This document shows positions 42,132 to 50,049 of a stretch of 50,049 nt of DNA, one piece after another. Position numbers and translations under genes: made by a program. The DNA comes from a virus (Duplodnaviria > Caudoviricetes), in the IMG/VR virus record IMGVR_UViG_3300012942_000060, positions 1 to 50,049 of that record; one strand, 5' to 3'. Numbering within the stretch: position 1 is the first letter of the stretch; each line of letters begins with the position of its first letter. The notes below the pieces were generated by a model, which saw only the letters and a program-made list of their open reading frames with translations, was not told the DNA's origin and made no database searches.

Positions 42132-45100
42132 CTGCTGCCGCTCTGGCCATTCGCGGGTCGAAGGGTGCGGACAAGCCGCACACGCCGGTCGAGGCGGACG
42201 ATTCTGTCCGCTCCATCGCCTACGGCAAGATGTTGCTGGCGCTGGGCGAGGGTGAGTTCGCCGGCGGCATCGACGGACGCAACATTTTCCTCGACGGCAC
42301 GCCACTGAACGGCCCGAACGGGGAGTCGGCGTTCACCGGTGTGCAATGGGAGGTCCGCTACGGTACCCCGGATCAGGCCTACATCAAGGGCCTGCCGAGT
42401 GTCGACAATGAGATCGGCGTCGGCGTTGAACTGAAACAGGCTACGCCATGGGTGCGCTCCGTCACCAACCTGGACCTGTCCGCCGTCCGCATCCGGGTGA
42501 GTTGGCCGACGCTGCTGGAAACCAAGAGCAACGGCGACCGGGTGGGCACGGCGGTGGCCTACGCGATCGACCTGTCCACCGACGGCGGCGAATGGGAAAC
42601 CGTCGTCAACGGCCAGTTGAACGACAAGACCACGACTAAGTACGAACGCTCCCACCGCATTGATCTGCCCGCCGCCGAGTCTGGCTGGCAGGTGCGCGTG
42701 CGCCGGATCACGCCTGACTCCACCTCTACGAACATCATCAACGCGATGCGTGTAGAGGCCATCACTGAGGTGATCGACGCAAAGCTGCGCTACCCGAACA
42801 CCGCGCTGCTGTTCATCCAGTTCGATGCGAGCCAGTTCCAGCAGATTCCGGCCGTTTCCGTGTCCGCAAAGGGGCGCGTCGTGCGCGTCCCGAGCAACTA
42901 CGAGCCGACAACGCGCACTTATTCCGGCGTGTGGGATGGCACGTTCAAGTGGGCATGGACAGACAATCCGGCATGGGTGCTGTACGACATCTATCTGGCT
43001 GATCGCTTTGGCCTGGGCCGGCGCCTGAATGCCGCCATGGTGGACAAGTGGTCACTGTACCAGATTGGCCAGTACTGCGATCAGATGGTGCCGGACGGGC
43101 AGGGGGGTCAGGAGCCGCGCTTTACCTGCAACGTGTACATCCAGAAAGCGGCCGATGCCTGGCAGGTCATCAACGACGTTTGCGGGATCTTCCGGGGCAT
43201 GAGCTACTGGTCGAACAGTACGATGTCCACCCAGGCCGACATGCCGCGCGACATCGACTATCTCTACACCCGCGCCAATGTGATCGACGGCCGGTTCGAG
43301 TACTCCGGCGGGTCGGCGCAGCGTGAGCGTTATTCTCTGGCGCTGGTGAGCTGGGACAATCCGGCGAATCGCTACGACAGCGAGGTCGAGCCAGTGAGCA
43401 TCCAGTCGCTGGTCAAGCGCTACGGGGTGCAGAAGACCGAGATCACGGCCATTGGCTGCACCCGGAAGTCCGAGGCTCAACGGCGCGGGAAATGGACGCT
43501 GCTGACCAACAGCAACGACCGCACGATCAAATTCCGCGTCGGGTTCGACGGCCAGATTCCGCTGCCGGGCTACATCATCGGTATTGCTGATGAACTGCTG
43601 GCCGGCCGTCCGCTGGGCGGGCGCATCAGTGCCGTGGACGGCACACAAATCACGCTGGATCGTGTTGCTCAGGCGCAGGCCGGCGACCGGCTGATCGTGA
43701 ACCTGCCGGACGGTACGGCAGAGGCGCGAACGATTCAGGAAGGCAGCGGCGCCGTGGTAACCGTCACTACGCCGTACTCCACGCCGCCAGCAGTTGAATC
43801 AGTATGGACGATCGATGCCGAGGATCTGGCGATCCAGCAGTATCGCGTTGTCGGCATCGCTCAGCCCGAGGACGGGCAGTTCGAGATCACCGCTCTCAAA
43901 TACGACCCGAACAAATACCCCCTGGTCGATACCGGCGCCCGCGTCGAGGCGCCGCCAGTGACAGTGCTTCCGCCGAGCACGATGCCGCCGCCGGCAGAAG
44001 TGACGATCACCGAATACCAGACTGTGGACCAGGGCATCAACGTGACGGCGATGCGCGTCGAGTGGCCGGCGGTCGAAAATGCGGTGGCGTACACAGCAGA
44101 GTGGCGGCGCGATGACGGCCCGTGGATCGGTGTGCCTCGCACGTCCGCACAGGGGTTCGATGTGCTGGGTATCTACGCCGGACGATACGTGGCCCGCGTT
44201 CGCTCCGTGAGCGTGCTGGACGTGAAATCAGTCCCAGCGGTCAGTGTTGAAACCGTACTGCACGGGAAAACGTCGCCGCCACCGGTGCCGGCGTTCCTCA
44301 ACACCACGTCGCTGGTGTTCGGTATTCGGCTCGATTGGGGCTTCCCCCAGGGCGCAACCGACACGCTGAAAACCGAGGTCCAGTACTCGGAAACGAGCGA
44401 CCCGAACGACATGGTGGCGCTGGGCGATTACGCCTACCCGGTCAACAATCACACGCTAATGGGCCTGGCAGCGGGCGCACGGCTGTACTTCCGCGCCCGG
44501 CTGATCGACAAATCCGGGAATGTAGGCGACTGGACGAGCATCGTGCCCGGACAGGCCAGTTCCGACGCCAGCGACATACTGGAATACCTCGCCGGTCAGA
44601 TCGGCGAAACCCAACTCACCGAAGAGTTGTTGACTCAGATCGAGAGCATCCAGGACCTGGGCGTTGTCATTTACAGCGCTGAGGCTGAGTACAGCAGCGG
44701 CGACATCGTTTTCTCTGACGGCCGGTTGTATCAGTGGATCGCCGGCGCGCCGGGCAATGTGGAGCCCCCGGACGAGCAGCACTGGCTGGATGTGGGGGAG
44801 GGCGTTATCACCGCCAATGGCCTGGCTGTCCGCGTCGATCAGAATGAGCAGAAAATCGGCGAGATCGACGGGCAGATGACGGCACTCTCATCGTCTGTGA
44901 TCGGGCTGGAATCGGCGTGGCGCGACGACGATGGTGCGGGCGACCTTGAGAGTGCGCTAAACGCCTGGGACGCACGCAGCGTGATCCGTGTGGAGCGGAC
45001 GACGCGGGCAGCCGAGACCGGGGCTATGGCCAAGCAGATCACCACCGTCCAGGCAACAGCGAATGACGCGGAGGCGTCCGCGCAGGAGACATTTACGGCC

Positions 45101-45559
45101 GTCAGCGATCTGAAAGATGGGCTCAGCGCCAGTTGGGGCATCCGCACGCAGATCACCACCGGCGGTCAGGTGTTTTTTTCGGGTATCGCGGTAGGCGTCG
45201 AGGAAAAAGATGGCGAGGTAGTCCGCGACGTGGCTGTGTCCACGGGCAGATTCTCCGTCATTGATGAACTGAGCGAGCAGGTCACTGTGCCGTTCGTTGT
45301 CGTCAACGGACAAACGGTCATCAACGACGCGATTATCGGCAACGCTTCAATCGGGTCTGCAAAATTCACTGACTGGCTGGAATCGGATGCGTTGGGACCA
45401 GGCGGTGTGCCGGTGTTGCGGATGAATTTTCGGACGGGGGAGATCCAGATCAATTCCCCTACTTCCGGGGGGGGGCGCATGACTCTAGACAACCAATTGA
45501 TCCAGGTGTTCGACGGGGACGACACTCTTCGGGTCCGAATCGGGATTTGGGGCGCATGA
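42128..45559 (+). CDS. Central tail fibre/host specificity protein, lambda gpJ-like
   Basis: WTDNPAW, YCDQMVPDG, FN3 repeats, DUF1983-like C-terminus. Confidence 0.93.
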   Translation: MTAAALAIRGSKGADKPHTPVEADDSVRSIAYGKMLLALGEGEFAGGIDGRNIFLDGTPLNGPNGESAFTGVQWEVRYGTPDQAYIKGLPSVDNEIGVGVELKQATPWVRSVTNLDLSAVRIRVSWPTLLETKSNGDRVGTAVAYAIDLSTDGGEWETVVNGQLNDKTTTKYERSHRIDLPAAESGWQVRVRRITPDSTSTNIINAMRVEAITEVIDAKLRYPNTALLFIQFDASQFQQIPAVSVSAKGRVVRVPSNYEPTTRTYSGVWDGTFKWAWTDNPAWVLYDIYLADRFGLGRRLNAAMVDKWSLYQIGQYCDQMVPDGQGGQEPRFTCNVYIQKAADAWQVINDVCGIFRGMSYWSNSTMSTQADMPRDIDYLYTRANVIDGRFEYSGGSAQRERYSLALVSWDNPANRYDSEVEPVSIQSLVKRYGVQKTEITAIGCTRKSEAQRRGKWTLLTNSNDRTIKFRVGFDGQIPLPGYIIGIADELLAGRPLGGRISAVDGTQITLDRVAQAQAGDRLIVNLPDGTAEARTIQEGSGAVVTVTTPYSTPPAVESVWTIDAEDLAIQQYRVVGIAQPEDGQFEITALKYDPNKYPLVDTGARVEAPPVTVLPPSTMPPPAEVTITEYQTVDQGINVTAMRVEWPAVENAVAYTAEWRRDDGPWIGVPRTSAQGFDVLGIYAGRYVARVRSVSVLDVKSVPAVSVETVLHGKTSPPPVPAFLNTTSLVFGIRLDWGFPQGATDTLKTEVQYSETSDPNDMVALGDYAYPVNNHTLMGLAAGARLYFRARLIDKSGNVGDWTSIVPGQASSDASDILEYLAGQIGETQLTEELLTQIESIQDLGVVIYSAEAEYSSGDIVFSDGRLYQWIAGAPGNVEPPDEQHWLDVGEGVITANGLAVRVDQNEQKIGEIDGQMTALSSSVIGLESAWRDDDGAGDLESALNAWDARSVIRVERTTRAAETGAMAKQITTVQATANDAEASAQETFTAVSDLKDGLSASWGIRTQITTGGQVFFSGIAVGVEEKDGEVVRDVAVSTGRFSVIDELSEQVTVPFVVVNGQTVINDAIIGNASIGSAKFTDWLESDALGPGGVPVLRMNFRTGEIQINSPTSGGGRMTLDNQLIQVFDGDDTLRVRIGIWGA

Positions 45560-45837
45560 TTGCAGGGTTTGAGGTGTTCGACGCCTCCGGAGACCTCGTG
45601 ACCTCGGTGACTGACCGCATCACCCGACTGTTAGGTCATGTGGTCACGACGTCTGGCAGGCATCAGAGTGGCAGTCACACTAACGCCGCCCTGGCTGAGG
45701 GGACCCCCTGGTTTTATGTGGCACAATCTGGATCTGGGGTGCCTCCCAACGTGACCATCTCGGGCACGACCATTTCGTGGGCTTCGGAAAATGACTGGAT
45801 ATTGACCCCCTGCGTCATCTACTACGGGGTTTATTGA
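45556..45837 (+). CDS. Small tail-tip accessory protein
   Basis: GFEVFDASG...IYYGVY, directly after J. Confidence 0.7.
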   Translation: MIAGFEVFDASGDLVTSVTDRITRLLGHVVTTSGRHQSGSHTNAALAEGTPWFYVAQSGSGVPPNVTISGTTISWASENDWILTPCVIYYGVY

Positions 45838-45839
45838 CT

Positions 45840-46565
45840 ATGAGCACGGGCATCTCGATACAGAATACCGATGGAGTCACTCAAATAGATGGACAGTTCC
45901 AGAACCTGGTGCTGCACTCCAAGGGGGACGTCCTGGCTTCCGCCGGGAGTGATTTTTTCTATGGTAACGGGAGAATCCTAGAGGTCCCATTGACCGCCAG
46001 CAATCCAGTGATAGCCGTCAGGCCCACTTCCGTCCACACATCCCTAGGAATTCCTGACGGATTCTGCCTGCCTCTTTACATCCACGCCTACCCTGATGGA
46101 CACGAAACCATCGTGTTTATCTTTCGGTGCAACTTTTCCTACTATGTGTTTGCCCCCTATGACACCCAGCCTCTAGACCCCTTCGGAGTCGAGGTGTACA
46201 ACGACTCCTCGTCTTTGTGCTACTCCAGTGCCCTCAAGTATATGAAAGTGGTCTCGGTTAAAAGCACCCCCGACATTCCTGTGAGTGGGCCAGATTACAA
46301 CAAGATAATATCGGTTCCAGAGGGTAGTCAGTACGCCGTGGCCATGAGTCGGCAGGGAACCTACGTCACGACGGACTCTGATGACAACTTGTTTTCGGCT
46401 TTTTTTTCCACGAAAGCCCCTGCTATAAATTCACAAGGCGATCTCGTGGTCACTACGACAGACACCTATCAGTCAGGCTACATCTACAACTTAAATCAGT
46501 ACGTCCCCCCCACATCCTCAATGGTAAAGAGTGTCTATATGGTCATCGATGTGACCAATTTCTGA
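45840..46565 (+). CDS. Tail-tip accessory protein
   Basis: GISIQNTDG, FGVEVYN, ends MVIDVTNF. Confidence 0.7.
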   Translation: MSTGISIQNTDGVTQIDGQFQNLVLHSKGDVLASAGSDFFYGNGRILEVPLTASNPVIAVRPTSVHTSLGIPDGFCLPLYIHAYPDGHETIVFIFRCNFSYYVFAPYDTQPLDPFGVEVYNDSSSLCYSSALKYMKVVSVKSTPDIPVSGPDYNKIISVPEGSQYAVAMSRQGTYVTTDSDDNLFSAFFSTKAPAINSQGDLVVTTTDTYQSGYIYNLNQYVPPTSSMVKSVYMVIDVTNF

Positions 46566-46606
46566 GCTATCCCAGCCCGCGGCGATTACAGCATACGGGG
46601 CAGCGG
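46541..46606 (+). repeat. 66-bp direct repeat, copy 1
   Basis: 61/66 identical to 47632-47697. Confidence 0.9.
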
Positions 46607-46668
46607 CATAGCTTGAGGCGAGATCAGCCCGCACGCGATACCAATCATTGATTAGCGAGAACCCAACC

Positions 46669-47562
46669 ATGGCCTATTGGTACAACGCAGGAACCATCAG
46701 CGTCACTAACGGCAACACCACAGTCATCGGGTCCAGCACGGAATTCGTTGCGAATCTGCGCACGGGAGACGGACTGCTCGCTCCCGACGGCCGCCTGTAT
46801 CTGATCCAGAACATCGCATCAGATACGCAACTCTCTATCGCGCGCGGATACGTGGGCGCGACCGTTTCTGGCAGCTCAGAATGGTGGGGAGTCCCAGTCC
46901 AGGGCTACAGCCGGAATCTGGCTGACCGCGTACAGACACTGATCACTGACGCCACGCAGGCATTGGACGAAATCGCGCAGTTTCAGCAGCAGTTAGCCCA
47001 ACTGTCGAGCACCGTCGATGGCCTGGATGCGGATGCCGTAGGAGCAGACCCAGCCGGTGCCGCAGCGAGCACAATGAACGCTCATACATCTGCCTCTGAT
47101 CCACATAGTCAGTATCTGGGAAAATCTGCCGCCAGCAACCTCTATGCAGCGCTGGCGGGCGGCAGTGGTGCTAATTTCCAGGCCATGCCCCAGGTCGCCG
47201 ACAAGCTCATCTCTGAAGCCGGGACAGGCAGCAACGGAGGATGGGTGCGGTTGAGCGTTGGGGTGCAATGCTGTTGGGCGACAGTGCGACTATCGTATTC
47301 ATCTGCCTGGATTATCGCTGCGGACTGGACGTTTCCACAGGCGTTTTCATCAGTCCCCAACATCGCCGCCACATTGATTTTTGATGGTAACGATAAGTTC
47401 GCTCCGGGCGACTCGGGTCTGTCGATGGTGGCCTGTCGCGCCCCTAAGTCGAAATTGAATGGTCGCGTGACCGTGACCAAGTCGATACAGGGCCCAGACT
47501 TCGCTGCTGGCGATTACATCGATGCCAACGTCATCGCCATTGGACCGTGGGCGCCGGCGTAG
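46669..47562 (+). CDS. Tail fibre protein
   Basis: WYNAGTISVTNGNTTVIG N-terminus, DPHSQY, gp53-like C-terminus (WTFPQAFS...AIGPW). Confidence 0.82.
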   Translation: MAYWYNAGTISVTNGNTTVIGSSTEFVANLRTGDGLLAPDGRLYLIQNIASDTQLSIARGYVGATVSGSSEWWGVPVQGYSRNLADRVQTLITDATQALDEIAQFQQQLAQLSSTVDGLDADAVGADPAGAAASTMNAHTSASDPHSQYLGKSAASNLYAALAGGSGANFQAMPQVADKLISEAGTGSNGGWVRLSVGVQCCWATVRLSYSSAWIIAADWTFPQAFSSVPNIAATLIFDGNDKFAPGDSGLSMVACRAPKSKLNGRVTVTKSIQGPDFAAGDYIDANVIAIGPWAPA

Positions 47563-47631
47563 CGGGCGCCGCCTACACTATGGCCCAGCGCCGATTTTCG
47601 GTTCGCCAATCATCAGCCACGCCTATTTCCT

Positions 47632-47697
47632 GGTGATCGACGTGACCAATTTCTGATTTACCCCAGCCCGCGGCGATTACAGCATACGGGGCAGCGG
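47632..47697 (+). repeat. 66-bp direct repeat, copy 2
   Basis: See copy 1. Confidence 0.9.
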
Positions 47698-47870
47698 TTT
47701 GCGCCATGACCGTGGTTGCCTGCCAACGACTGCGCCGAATCGAATGTTTCGTGCCACCCTAAAGAGTGGTACTGGCCATCAATTCGTAAGTGATCGCATG
47801 GCCCTCCCACACGATGGATCGTCTTGTACTGACCTGGCCCGACGGCCAACTGAACGAAATAGTCAGGCAT
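47658..47870 (-). CDS. Small His/Cys-containing hypothetical protein
   Basis: IHRVGGPC...RCPVCC; SD AGGAGG. Confidence 0.6.
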   Translation of the reverse strand: MPDYFVQLAVGPGQYKTIHRVGGPCDHLRIDGQYHSLGWHETFDSAQSLAGNHGHGANRCPVCCNRRGLG

Positions 47871-47938
47871 TTCGCATCCTCCTTGTTGTTTTGGTCTTAC
47901 TGCCAATGAGCTTATTGTACACCCGAGGCAGGCAATGC

Positions 47939-48166
47939 TCAGATCGGATCTATCCCATGCTCAAGCGCTGCGGCCGCCAGCCGAGCTGTGAGCGGCGGGG
48001 TAACTTGGGCGCCGGTGTGCCGGCTGACGCCGGACTCCCACTGCTGGTATGCCGGGAGCGATACACCTAGAGCTGCCGCTGCCGCTCGCTGACTAAAGCC
48101 CATCCGCGTCCGCCACGCCTTAAGCGCGCCCAGGGCGATGGCTGGCTGATCCTCGCTCGTTTTCAA
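47939..48166 (-). CDS. XRE-family HTH protein
   Basis: LKAWRTRMGFSQRAAAAALGVSLPAYQQWESG. Confidence 0.82.
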   Translation of the reverse strand: MKTSEDQPAIALGALKAWRTRMGFSQRAAAAALGVSLPAYQQWESGVSRHTGAQVTPPLTARLAAAALEHGIDPI

Positions 48167-48554
48167 TTTTCACCTCCTCGATCAGATGCTCGGCAGCGGG
48201 GTCGGGAGCGCCGCCGTCGGCGCGATGCGCGTTGTACCACCGAACAATTAGCCCGGACACATTGTCCTCAGGCGCTTGCGAAAACACCTCCGGCGAAATC
48301 CCGCTCGCCTGGCAGATCCGCTCGATCACGTCCCAGTCAAAACTGACGCTGCCATCTGACTCCAGCGTCAGCCGCAGGTCGGCGAACTTCATGTTGTCAG
48401 GGATTGCGATTGTGGTGGCCTGTTTTTGCATGTCTCTCTCCACGGCTTCGATAATCCAGTCCGTCAGCCGCTCGCCAGCGGCCCGGCTGGCGCGCACCCA
48501 TCGCCCCTTGAGGGCCTTGGGTACGCGGAGATGGATCAGGGCGTCGTCGTTCAT
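48120..48554 (-). CDS. Ribbon-helix-helix-like domain protein
   Basis: IHLRVPKALKGRWVRASRAAGERLTDWIIEAVE. Confidence 0.7.
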   Translation of the reverse strand: MNDDALIHLRVPKALKGRWVRASRAAGERLTDWIIEAVERDMQKQATTIAIPDNMKFADLRLTLESDGSVSFDWDVIERICQASGISPEVFSQAPEDNVSGLIVRWYNAHRADGGAPDPAAEHLIEEVKIENERGSASHRPGRA

Positions 48555-48898
48555 GCCAGTTCCCGCTTGCATCGCTCACTCCACGACTCGTCGCCGCCGA
48601 AAATCCTGGCGATCTCCGCGGCGGTCACCCATGCGGTCCTTTTCTCGTCCGGCACCGCCCCGCCATACGTGTCCGGCAGCCCGGAGCTGAACAGCACATA
48701 CCCCTCCCTGGCCCATAGAGCTGCGTCCAATCGGGTCGCCGCATCCTCGGCGGCGGCAAACCTTTCGGCTTGCTGTTGCATAATGACGATGCCGTCGGCA
48801 GTTTGCCGGTTCATGTAGAACACCGGCGTATCCTCAAGCGATCGCGCCAGCGCGGCGATTTCGCGCAGCGTGTCACCCACTGAAAAAATTTGTGCCAT
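48551..48898 (-). CDS. Hypothetical protein
   Basis: Coupled ORF. Confidence 0.6.
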   Translation of the reverse strand: MAQIFSVGDTLREIAALARSLEDTPVFYMNRQTADGIVIMQQQAERFAAAEDAATRLDAALWAREGYVLFSSGLPDTYGGAVPDEKRTAWVTAAEIARIFGGDESWSERCKRELA

Positions 48899-48899
48899 G

Positions 48900-49118
48900 T
48901 CAGTGCCTATCCCTCAGCGCTTGGGCGTAGACATCTCCTGCCTCGCGGACCAGACCTGCCACTGCGGACGGGTTAGAAGCGTCGATTTTTTCGATGTTCA
49001 CGACCTCTCCCTGCCATCCGCCAGCATCATCCTCCGCGAGAGTGAATCGAACGATCAGTCCGCTTTCGTGGGTAGCGGTGCAGGCGGACAGATCCACCTG
49101 CCAGCTATTCGCGCTCAT
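48900..49118 (-). CDS. Hypothetical protein
   Basis: WQVDLSACTATHESGLIVRF. Confidence 0.6.
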   Translation of the reverse strand: MSANSWQVDLSACTATHESGLIVRFTLAEDDAGGWQGEVVNIEKIDASNPSAVAGLVREAGDVYAQALRDRH

Positions 49119-49339
49119 TTCACGAACGCGGCGGTGTGCCGCTCGTAGCCGTTCGTGCCGATGGTGCCTCGGGCAATCAGACGGGCCCTGAACGCCTCGG
49201 CCTGCTCCATAGTCTCGAACGACGTGATGAACGGCGCTGGGCCGCTGGCGGTCATGATGTTGTACTGACAGCAGGCCACGCCTGCGTCGGTGAACGTTTT
49301 GACGGTCTCTTCGTTGTGACTGTAGCTTGTCGCGTTCAT
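49115..49339 (-). CDS. Hypothetical protein
   Basis: SD AAGGGG, ATGA overlap. Confidence 0.55.
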   Translation of the reverse strand: MNATSYSHNEETVKTFTDAGVACCQYNIMTASGPAPFITSFETMEQAEAFRARLIARGTIGTNGYERHTAAFVK

Positions 49340-49385
49340 GATTTTCCCCTTTTTATTGTTGCCCCGTCGGAGCGGGGCGGATTGG

Positions 49386-49619
49386 TTACTGGGCGCGCAT
49401 CTCATCGGTGACGATGCAGGCTGCCAGGATCTTCTGCGCAACCCCTATGTGCTCGATACGGTAGCCCTCAAAATCCACGGCATCCACGGTGCCGTCCCCA
49501 CACTCCACGACACCTACCATGTCCCCGATCAGGTCTAGTTCGGAGAGGTCCGCACGGAACCAATAGGTAATAGTCTGGTCCTGCCAGCTCTGATCCTTGC
49601 TGATAAATTCTGCGTTCAT
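49386..49619 (-). CDS. Hypothetical protein
   Basis: SD AAGGAG, first gene of the right-end leftward operon. Confidence 0.6.
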   Translation of the reverse strand: MNAEFISKDQSWQDQTITYWFRADLSELDLIGDMVGVVECGDGTVDAVDFEGYRIEHIGVAQKILAACIVTDEMRAQ

Positions 49620-49926
49620 GGTGTTCTCCTTTCGGAATCTCGGCTCCCCCGAGTGGGGTGATCAGTTCTCCCTGACCACAAGTGCATCATCTCACGACCG
49701 CCTAAGGCGGTCAATACCCAAAACAGAGAGATTTCCAACTATTTGTGACCCGCTAGTCACGAGGGCGGCTGACAACCCCGCAAGCCGCCTTGAGTCCGAC
49801 CGGCCCGACTGATAAAACACAAAATCGACAGGATCAAAAAAACGATAAGCCGTTGATTCAAAATGGTGCGTTTTCGGTTTTTTTTGATTCTCAAATGGGC
49901 TCAAGTGGTTGATTTATATGAATCGT

Positions 49927-49979
49927 GTATCTGGCTACGAACCAGAGGGTCGGGGGTTCGAATCCTCCCCGGTGCGCCA
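49927..49979 (+). repeat. attR core (3' part of tRNA-Arg)
   Basis: Identical to 71-123. Confidence 0.96.
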
Positions 49980-49982
49980 TAC

Positions 49983-50019
49983 AAACGAAAGCGGCTCCCA
50001 ACGGGAGCCGTTTTCGTTT
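49983..50019 (+). terminator. Original host tRNA terminator
   Basis: AAACGAAAGCGGCTCCC-aac-GGGAGCCGTTTTCGTTT. Confidence 0.85.
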
Positions 50020-50049
50020 GTATCTCGTAGTGGGGAGTTATTCAGCAGA

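Larger units (their letters stand above)
71..49979. mobile_element. Complete temperate siphovirus-type prophage
   Basis: Flanking 53-bp tRNA 3' duplication; integrase at left end; full set of regulatory, replication, lysis, head and tail modules. Confidence 0.96.

Noticed and set aside
49927-49979. Second tRNA-Arg gene
   Set aside because: Lacks the 5' acceptor strand and D-arm; it is the attR duplication.

Overview
The window is an apparently complete ~49.9 kb temperate, lambdoid-type siphovirus prophage integrated at the 3' end of a tRNA-Arg(ACG) gene. A 53-bp att core is duplicated at 71-123 and 49927-49979. Gene order: integrase/xis, leftward early operon (YqaJ exonuclease, Bet, SleB-like hydrolase, SutA-like protein), cI/cro switch with five 16-bp operators, replication (Rep, DnaC-like, helicase-methyltransferase fusion), nin-like region, Q, lysis, terminase, head, lambda-like tail (M, L, K, I, J) and a small leftward operon. 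The most striking feature is a 319-aa intein in the MuF/gp7 head protein. It has no recognisable in-frame homing endonuclease. Instead, a complete HTH + DUF559/Vsr-like nuclease gene lies on the opposite strand inside the intein, with a candidate sigma70 promoter embedded in the intein's C-terminal splicing motif. Also present: a decayed diversity-generating retroelement (Mtd-like target with VR and hairpin, avd, truncated TR, only the C-terminal stub of the RT), a second orphan DUF1566 VR-like target, a holin-endolysin fusion ORF, and a tail-fibre gene bracketed by 66-bp direct repeats. All protein calls come from motif recognition by eye and gene context; no database searches were run.
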